In this document: positions 57,233 through 64,000 of the stretch, in pieces
How positions within the stretch are numbered: the stretch's first letter is position 1
Layout of the letters: every line of letters starts with the position of its first letter
Source: Dehalococcoidia bacterium
GTDB lineage: Bacteria > Chloroflexota > Dehalococcoidia > Bin125
Direction: 5' to 3'
Length of the DNA stretch: 64,000 nucleotides
Assembly (NCBI GenBank): GCA_963662615.2
Contig: CAXXSR010000001.1
Coordinates: 1,856,001-1,920,000, forward strand
Translations under genes and position numbers: made by a program
Notes under the pieces: generated by a model
Seen by the model: the letters and a program-made list of their open reading frames with translations, nothing else
What the model was told of the DNA's origin: nothing
Database searches by the model: none

Positions 57233-59863
57233 GTGCCCACAGCCATTGAGGAACTTCGCCAGGCAGGACAGAGCGTCTGGCTCGACTTCATTCGGCGCGG
57301 CTTCCTGCGCTCCGGCGGATTGGAGCGCTATGTCCGCGAAGGCTTGGTAAGCGGCGTGACCTCCAACCCATCGATCTTTGCGAAAGCCGTGTCCGGCTCT
57401 CCCGATTACGACGACGCTCTGCACGAAATCGCCCAGGCAGGCAAAGCGGAACCGTACGACGCGTTCGTGCAGCTTGCCGTGGACGACATTCAGCTGGCAG
57501 CGGACATTCTGCGCCCGGTCTACGACAGTACCGGCGGCGCCGACGGATACGTCTCGCTGGAGGTGGCGCCAGGAATTGAGGACGACACCGCCCGCACCGT
57601 CGCCGAGGCGACGCGCTTGTATCGATTGGTGGACCGGCCCAACGCGATGATCAAGGTCCCGGGAACGGGCGCTGGGATCCGAGCGCTGGAGGATCTCATC
57701 GCCGCCGGGATCAACATCAACGTCACGCTGCTGTTCAACGTGGCCGTGTACGAGGAGGTCGCGCGTGGGTACATGGCCGGCCTGGAGCGGCGCCTGGAGC
57801 AGGGCCAACTGCTCGCCGGTCTCGCCAGCGTCGCCTCCTTTTTCGTGTCGCGAATTGACACCGCCGTCGAGACGCGCCTGCCCGCCGATTCCCCTCTGCG
57901 CGGCGCCGTCGCGGTTGCCAACGCACGGGTCGCCTACGGGCGTTTTCGGGAGATCTTCAGCGGGCAGCGATGGGAGCGGCTCGCCGGTGCGGGGGCGCGG
58001 GTGCAGCGCCCGCTCTGGGCCTCTACCAGCACGAAGAACAAGGCGTACTCGGACGTCCTCTACGTCGAAGCGCTCATCGCACCCGACACGGTCAACACGA
58101 TGCCGGAAACAACGTTGGCGGCGTTCGCGGACCATGGCCGTGTCAATCCAGGCGCAGTGGAGGACGGGATTGAAGCGGCGGCGGAAACGCTGAGAGGTGT
58201 CCGCTCTGCCGGCATTGACTTTGAAGCCGTCACGGATCGGTTGTTGCAGGAGGGCCTCGCCTCATTCGGCGCCGATTTCGACAACTTGCTTCACTGCGTC
58301 AGTGATTCGTTGGCAGCGGTACCGGCCGGCAGAGCGCGTCACTCCGCGAACCTGGGCGAACTGGCTCCGCAGCTGGAAGCGCGATTGCAGACACTGGAGC
58401 AGAACGACGTCGTGGGACGGCTCTGGGCCGGGGACTATACGTTGTGGAAGCCGGAACCGGGGCAGATCCCGGACCGGCTGGGGTGGCTCACCGTGGTCGA
58501 TGAGATGCTCGACCAGGTCCCTCTCCTCGAGCGGTTTGCGGCGGAGGCGGCTGACGATGGCTACGACACGGCCGTCCTCCTGGGCATGGGCGGCTCCAGC
58601 CTTGCGCCCGAGGTGTTGCAGGCCACCAGCGGCACGACCGCCGGCGCGCTGCGGTTGGAGGTGCTGGATACCACCTTGCCCGCGAGCATCCTTGCTCTCG
58701 AGCAGCGAATCGATCCGCAACGCACGCTGTTCATCGTTGCGAGCAAGTCCGGCACCACCATCGAACCGCTCTCGCACCTCGCCTATTTCTTTGAAAAGAT
58801 CCCGAACAGTCGGCAATTCATCGCCATCACCGATCCCGGAACTCCGCTGGCGGACGAGGCGCGCGCCCGACAGTTTCGGCAGCTCTTTCTGAACCGGACC
58901 GATATCGGCGGGCGCTATTCCGCCTTGTCCCACTTCGGCTTGGTGCCGACTGCCCTGATTGGCGCGGACATCCGCGGCCTGTTGAATCGCGCACTTGAGA
59001 TGCTCCACGCGAGCCACGCCTGCGTGCCCGTGCACGACAATCCGGGGGCGTGGCTCGGCGCCGTCCTCGGCGCGGCGGCACTGGCCGGGCGCGACAAGCT
59101 CACCCTCGTCCTACCAGAGTCGATTGCGACGTTCGGATACTGGGTGGAGCAGCTCATCGCCGAATCGACCGGGAAAGAGGGCACCGGCATCTTGCCGGTG
59201 GAGGGCGAAGCGCTGGGGTCGCCGGACGTGTACGGCGACGACCGGATCTTCGTCGCGCTCGGTGACGACGACGCGGTGGCGCCTCTTGAAGCGGCGGGCC
59301 ATCCCGTGGTCCGCCTCCCCTATAGCGAGCCGTCCCAGATCGGCGGTGAGTTCTTCCGCTGGGAGTTTGCGACAGCCGTGGCGGGCTACCTCCTCGGGAT
59401 CGACCCTTTTGACCAGCCCAACGTCCAGGAAGCCAAAGAGGCCACGGCGCGCATCCTCGCGGGCGGGGCGGAGACGCCCGAGACTCCCGCCCTGGCCGAC
59501 GTCCTCTCCCAGATCCGCCCCGGCGACTACATTGCGATCCAGGCCTACCTCCCCAAGACGCAAGGGACGGAGGCGGAGCTGCAGGCCGTGCGCCACGCCC
59601 TGCGCGATCGCTTCCATGTGGCCACGACGATCGGGTACGGGCCGCGCTTCCTGCACTCCACCGGGCAGTACCACAAGGGCGGCCGCAACAACGGCATCTT
59701 CATCCAAGTCGTCGGTGAGGACAGCGTGGACGTGCCCATCCCGGGACAGCACTACACCTTTGGCGAGCTTTCCCGCGCCCAAGCCCTGGGCGACCTCCAG
59801 TCATTGCAAGCGCACGACCGGCGGGTCACGCGCGTCGCACTGGATGAATTGAAAGGGCTGTAG
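57233..59863 (+). CDS. tal: Bifunctional transaldolase / phosphoglucose isomerase
   Basis: 'GQSVWLD', 'GVTSNP', 'MIKVP', 'NVTLLF', 'LWASTS'; then 'GMGGS', 'SKSGTT', 'GGRYS', 'EQLIAESTGK', 'DQPNV'. Confidence 0.93.
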   Translation: MPTAIEELRQAGQSVWLDFIRRGFLRSGGLERYVREGLVSGVTSNPSIFAKAVSGSPDYDDALHEIAQAGKAEPYDAFVQLAVDDIQLAADILRPVYDSTGGADGYVSLEVAPGIEDDTARTVAEATRLYRLVDRPNAMIKVPGTGAGIRALEDLIAAGININVTLLFNVAVYEEVARGYMAGLERRLEQGQLLAGLASVASFFVSRIDTAVETRLPADSPLRGAVAVANARVAYGRFREIFSGQRWERLAGAGARVQRPLWASTSTKNKAYSDVLYVEALIAPDTVNTMPETTLAAFADHGRVNPGAVEDGIEAAAETLRGVRSAGIDFEAVTDRLLQEGLASFGADFDNLLHCVSDSLAAVPAGRARHSANLGELAPQLEARLQTLEQNDVVGRLWAGDYTLWKPEPGQIPDRLGWLTVVDEMLDQVPLLERFAAEAADDGYDTAVLLGMGGSSLAPEVLQATSGTTAGALRLEVLDTTLPASILALEQRIDPQRTLFIVASKSGTTIEPLSHLAYFFEKIPNSRQFIAITDPGTPLADEARARQFRQLFLNRTDIGGRYSALSHFGLVPTALIGADIRGLLNRALEMLHASHACVPVHDNPGAWLGAVLGAAALAGRDKLTLVLPESIATFGYWVEQLIAESTGKEGTGILPVEGEALGSPDVYGDDRIFVALGDDDAVAPLEAAGHPVVRLPYSEPSQIGGEFFRWEFATAVAGYLLGIDPFDQPNVQEAKEATARILAGGAETPETPALADVLSQIRPGDYIAIQAYLPKTQGTEAELQAVRHALRDRFHVATTIGYGPRFLHSTGQYHKGGRNNGIFIQVVGEDSVDVPIPGQHYTFGELSRAQALGDLQSLQAHDRRVTRVALDELKGL

Positions 59864-59866
59864 GTC

Positions 59867-60736
59867 ATGAAAATCGGAATCGTCGGATTGGGACGGATGG
59901 GCGCCGGGATCGCCGAGCGGTTGCGCCGCCACGGGCATGAGGTGGTGGGATACGACCGCAACCCTGCCGTCACCGAAGTGGCGTCATACCAAGAGCTTCT
60001 GGAGGCGCTCTCGCCACCCCGCGTGGTCTGGCTGATGGTGCCCTCGGGCGACGCCACCGAGGCGACGATCAACGACCTGAGCCCGCTGCTCTCGCGCAGG
60101 GACATCATCGTTGAGGGCGGCAACAGCTACTACAAGGACTCGATCCGGCGCGCCTCGGAGCAGGCGGAGCGAGGTCTGGAGTTCCTTGATGTGGGAACGT
60201 CCGGCGGCGTCTGGGGACTGGAGGTCGGCTTCTGCCTGATGGTCGGCGGTTCGCCTGCAGTCTTCGAGACTGTGGAGCCGATCTTCAAAGCGCTCGCGCC
60301 TGAGGGAGGCTACGCCCACGTGGGGCCGGCCGGGGCGGGCCATTACACGAAGATGGTCCACAACGGTGTCGAGTACGGGATGCTCCAGGCCTACGCCGAG
60401 GGCTTCGAGCTCCTGCGCCAATCCGCCTTCGACATTGACCTGCCCCAGGTGGCCGCGCTCTGGAACCACGGCAGCGTGGTGCGCTCCTGGCTGCTGGAGC
60501 TGGCAGAGGACGCGTTCGCCAAGGACCCGAAACTCGAAAAGCTGCGCGGCTACGTGGAGGACTCGGGTGAAGGACGTTGGATCGTCCTGGAGGCGGTGGA
60601 ACGGGGAGTCCCCGCCGGAGTGATCGCACATTCGCTCTTCAGTCCCTTCGAATCGCGTAACGCCGATCCGTTCGCCATGCGCTTCATCGCGGCGCTTCGC
60701 AACGAGTTCGGCGGGCACCCGGTCAAGCAGTCGTGA
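59867..60736 (+). CDS. gnd: Decarboxylating 6-phosphogluconate dehydrogenase (short type)
   Basis: 'GLGRMG', 'GGNS', 'GTSGG', 'KMVHNGVEYG', 'DSGEGRW', 'RNEFGGH'. Confidence 0.95.
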   Translation: MKIGIVGLGRMGAGIAERLRRHGHEVVGYDRNPAVTEVASYQELLEALSPPRVVWLMVPSGDATEATINDLSPLLSRRDIIVEGGNSYYKDSIRRASEQAERGLEFLDVGTSGGVWGLEVGFCLMVGGSPAVFETVEPIFKALAPEGGYAHVGPAGAGHYTKMVHNGVEYGMLQAYAEGFELLRQSAFDIDLPQVAALWNHGSVVRSWLLELAEDAFAKDPKLEKLRGYVEDSGEGRWIVLEAVERGVPAGVIAHSLFSPFESRNADPFAMRFIAALRNEFGGHPVKQS

Positions 60737-61023
60737 GCCTCGCGGCGCCGGAACCGCAAGATCTGCTGCTGGTCGGCGCCACGGGTTACCTCGCCCGCCG
60801 CAAACTATTGCCGGCATTAAATGAGCTGGGGCAGGATGGACTGCTCCCCCGGGAAGGCCGAATCATTGAATACGGCCGTACCGATTACTCCGACGACCAA
60901 TTCCGCAGTCTCGCCGGCGAAGCGGTGCGCGCAGCCGGCAGCAGTACAGCCGGCGACGCCAGGGCGCGATTCGCCGAGCGCCAAACAGGTACACGTGAGA
61001 GTGATCGTCATCAGCTGAATTGA
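60733..61023 (+). pseudogene. zwf: Truncated glucose-6-phosphate dehydrogenase
   Basis: 'GATGYLARRKLLPAL' (consensus GATGDLA); only ~96 codons, remainder absent. Confidence 0.85.
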
Positions 61024-61324
61024 GGCTGCCAAGATCGTCGAAGAGTGGGGGACACTCAGTTGCGAGTAGGCTGGGCAATCAGCGCTGGCGCCCACAACGC
61101 CACTCGCGCGCGCCAACCTCACGCACCGCCCAGCAAGAGCAGAAAGACGCCTTCCCGACGTCATGCGCCTGGGCCCGCGGATCACGCTGTCGCTGCACGG
61201 CGAGGAAACACGCCGGCTCCGTTCGGGGGTGCATCTGCAGGCCCCAGGAAGTACGCTTGCCCGTGAACTTGGAGGATGCATTGGGCCCGCGATCGACGCG
61301 GTGTCGGCGGAACGGGGACGGCAC

Positions 61325-61570
61325 ATGACGCGCATCTACGTGGGCAACCTGCCGTTCGAGATGAGTGACGAAGAGTTGCGAGAGTTCTTTGTGCCCTACG
61401 GAGAGATCACCACCTGCGACGTGGTGGCGGACCGCGATACGGGTCGGTCGCGCGGCTTCGGGTTCGTGGAAATGAACGGTGCAGACGCGGCCCGCGCCAT
61501 CGAGGCGCTGGACGGCCAAGATGCGGGCGGGAGGGCGTTGCGCGTCAACGAAGCGCACGAACGCCGCTAG
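61325..61570 (+). CDS. RRM RNA-binding protein
   Basis: IYVGNL, 'DRDTGRSRGFGFVEM', 'LRVNEA'. Confidence 0.95.
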   Translation: MTRIYVGNLPFEMSDEELREFFVPYGEITTCDVVADRDTGRSRGFGFVEMNGADAARAIEALDGQDAGGRALRVNEAHERR

Positions 61571-61666
61571 GGAAGCCACGAACGCCACGATCCGCCGCCT
61601 CAGCCGGCTCCGTTCGCGAGCACGAGCCCACACTCCTCAGCGACCTTTGAGATGAGGTGACAGAGC

Positions 61667-62860
61667 GTGTCCGTCCGGATCCGCCCCGTGCCGCTTGGTC
61701 GGGGGGCTCAGCCCTTCATTGATGTCATGTGGCGCGTATACCGTGCGGACTCGCAGTGGATTCCACCGCTGCGTCGGCAACTGACGGCGCTGTTCGATTC
61801 TCGACACAACCCCTTCCTCCGCTACGGGCAAGCGCAACTCTTCGTCGCCGAGCGTGACGGGGAGGTGGTTGGGCGCATCTCCGCCCACATCAACCCCGAC
61901 CACGACGGCTACCATCGCGAGCGCGGCGGCTTCTTTGGGTTTTTCGAGTGCACCGACGACGAAGCGGCTTCCAAAGCACTGCTCGAGTCCGCGGAAGACT
62001 GGCTGCAGGGGCACGCCGTGGACTGGATCCGCGGCCCTGTCTCCTTCACGATGAATCAAGAGGCTGGCACCCTCGTCGACGGTTTCGACACGCCGCCGAT
62101 GGTGGCGATGCCGCACGGGCGGCCCTATTACGACCGCCTTCTCACAGCGGCGGGCTACGCCAAGGCCAAAGATCTCCTGGCGTGGCAATACCCCGTTGTC
62201 CAGCTCCACCCCCGCGCCCAGGCAGCGTACGCCCGCATCCGCGCGATGGACGGCGTCACGGTGCGGGAGTTCGAGCGCAACCATTTCCGTCGCGATGTCG
62301 GCCTTGCCATTGAGATCTTCAACGACGCCTGGGCGGACAACTGGGGTTTCGTTCCCGTGCGGGCCGAGGAGGCCGACCAGCTCGCGGCCGACCTCGACCA
62401 ATTCGCCGATCCCGACCTCACGGCGCTCGTCTTCGTCGACGGCGAACCCGCAGCGATGGTCGTGGCGATTCCAAACCTGAACGAGGCCGCCCGCGACGCG
62501 AATGGCCGCCTGTTCCCCTGGGGTGGCCTCAAGATCAAGTGGCGCTTATGGCGCGGCGTCCGCACCGGACGCGTGATCCTCCTTGGTATCAAACAGGCGT
62601 ATCGCACGCGCGCGTACAACGGGCTCTTTCTCCTGCTCTTCGCGGAGGTCCACCTGCGCGGGGAGCGACGCGGTTACGACTGGGCGGAGCTCGGCTGGGT
62701 GCTGGAAGACAACGCCCGTCTGAACGTGGCGTTGCCCCGCATGGGCGCGCGCGTCTACAAGACATACCGGCTCTACCAGAAATCCGCTACCGCCGGCGAG
62801 AATGTGCCCCAGCCCCGGGCTGCCGACATCGCCCCGCCGGCCGACATCGCCCCAGACTGA
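61667..62860 (+). CDS. GNAT-type N-acetyltransferase (YghO-like)
   Basis: 'W.PPL..NPF', 'GRISA', 'FFGFFE', 'AW..NWGFVP', 'WVLEDN', 'KTYRLY'. Confidence 0.85.
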   Translation: MSVRIRPVPLGRGAQPFIDVMWRVYRADSQWIPPLRRQLTALFDSRHNPFLRYGQAQLFVAERDGEVVGRISAHINPDHDGYHRERGGFFGFFECTDDEAASKALLESAEDWLQGHAVDWIRGPVSFTMNQEAGTLVDGFDTPPMVAMPHGRPYYDRLLTAAGYAKAKDLLAWQYPVVQLHPRAQAAYARIRAMDGVTVREFERNHFRRDVGLAIEIFNDAWADNWGFVPVRAEEADQLAADLDQFADPDLTALVFVDGEPAAMVVAIPNLNEAARDANGRLFPWGGLKIKWRLWRGVRTGRVILLGIKQAYRTRAYNGLFLLLFAEVHLRGERRGYDWAELGWVLEDNARLNVALPRMGARVYKTYRLYQKSATAGENVPQPRAADIAPPADIAPD

Positions 62861-62944
62861 AGATCGCGTCCAGGTCACGCTCCCGGGGGGGGGGGGGGGG
62901 CGAAGCTCGCACGGCCGATACCCGACAACGCGGGCGCGGGCCAG

Positions 62945-63075
62945 AACCTGATCAGTACGGCATCTGCCGGTGCGAACGGCTGGGTGGCGCTTGTGGTGAT
63001 GCCGCTGAGCGTGTTCATGGTGTTCGTGGACGGGACGGTGATGCAGACGGCGCTTCCGCCGATCTCACGCGACAG
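62945..63075 (+). pseudogene. N-terminal remnant of DHA2 (EmrB/QacA-like) MFS transporter
   Basis: Frame from 62981 reads WVALVVMPLSVFMVFVDGTVMQTALPPISRD, matching the TM1 motif D.T....ALP.I..D; nothing follows. Confidence 0.65.
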
Positions 63076-63108
63076 CCAGACGCCGACACCGATTCGGAGC
63101 AAGGCGTC

Positions 63109-63999
63109 TCAGAGCCCGAGCAGCTGAGGCTCCGCTAACGCACGCACTGTGTACACGAGCCCGATAGTGATCAGAACGAGCGCGCCGCCGAGCGGAAGAA
63201 TCCGCAGCAGCCGTCCGTCGAGGCTCACCGTCAAGAAAGGCAGCCAGGCCGTCGCGGGGGAGATCCACGTTCCCCGTGCGGAGCCGAGCCAGTCCAGGAG
63301 CCGACGGACGTAGACGACTATCAGCGCCATGAACGTGAGAACGGCGGCGAGGCCGATGCTAAAGGCCAGGATCAGGAGCAGTCCTAGGCCAATGCGGTTG
63401 AGCGAGATGGCAGCCACGAGCACCACCAATGTGGAAGGGCTGGGAACCATCCCGTCAATCAGACCGATGGCGAACAGGCTCTTGCGGGAGGGGACCGTTA
63501 CAGCGGCCGTGGTCGTTGAGCCGGGGACGTGTCGGTGGGCATGGTGGTGCGGGTGCAGATGACGGAGTCGATGGTCCAGCAAGCCGGCGAGGCCCTGGAA
63601 TCCGCCCACCCGCGCGAGGAAGAGTCGGATGCCCACGGCAACCACCAACAATCCCGCAACGAGGGTGAGCCACGGATAGAGGTGTTCCGGCAGGATGTAG
63701 CGTGAGCCAAAGAGGACAACCAAGCCGATCACGAAGACGCCAACGGTGTGGCTCACCGCGACCACGAAGCCCAGCAACATTGCGTGCCGGACCGATCCAC
63801 CGGCGCCCACGAAATAGGCGGCAACGAACACCTTGCCGTGACCGGGCTCCAGGGCGTGCAGAGCGTCGAAGCCCAGCGCGACGAAGAACGAGATCAGGAT
63901 CACGGCCAGACTGACGTTTTCGACGTTGACGAGGGACGCAAATGCGTTGCCGGGCCGTGGCGGGGCCACGTCCAGCGCGGCGACTTGGGCTGGTTCCAG
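63109..63999 (-). CDS. RcnA/HoxN-type nickel/cobalt transporter (5' end outside window)
   Basis: 'LHALEPGHGK', 'SHT.GV', His-rich loop, 'G..DGMVPSP', 'FSIGLA'. Confidence 0.9.
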   Translation of the reverse strand: MEPAQVAALDVAPPRPGNAFASLVNVENVSLAVILISFFVALGFDALHALEPGHGKVFVAAYFVGAGGSVRHAMLLGFVVAVSHTVGVFVIGLVVLFGSRYILPEHLYPWLTLVAGLLVVAVGIRLFLARVGGFQGLAGLLDHRLRHLHPHHHAHRHVPGSTTTAAVTVPSRKSLFAIGLIDGMVPSPSTLVVLVAAISLNRIGLGLLLILAFSIGLAAVLTFMALIVVYVRRLLDWLGSARGTWISPATAWLPFLTVSLDGRLLRILPLGGALVLITIGLVYTVRALAEPQLLGL

Positions 64000-64000
64000 C

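Noticed and set aside
62950-63000. DksA/TraR-like zinc finger (YGICRC)
   Set aside because: Cys spacing is wrong, and an alternative frame matches an MFS TM1 better.

Overview
High-GC bacterial genomic DNA. The gene content (two luciferase-like monooxygenases, SDRs, class F sortase, RRM proteins, GWNLV-domain surface proteins) suggests Chloroflexota/Dehalococcoidia, which is an inference only. No rRNA, tRNA, CRISPR array or transposase/integrase was recognised. The window holds about 45 protein genes: metabolic enzymes (LLMs, EctB, FdhA, FolE, desaturase, GH15, GH130, a pentose-phosphate operon), signalling and envelope genes. Most notable: (1) two paralogous ECF sigma modules in which a membrane-anchored putative anti-sigma of an unfamiliar family lies UPSTREAM of the sigma gene; (2) unusual fusions: HTH-TM-class F sortase, PAP2 phosphatase-kinase-like, and a His-containing membrane repeat fused to NDH-2 inside ~100-bp direct repeats; (3) a nested, modular palindromic repeat system whose copies all appear to face the same way; (4) pervasive gene decay, with at least seven lesions including tkt, zwf and GH15. 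All calls come from reading motifs by eye, no searches were run, and several start codons are uncertain.
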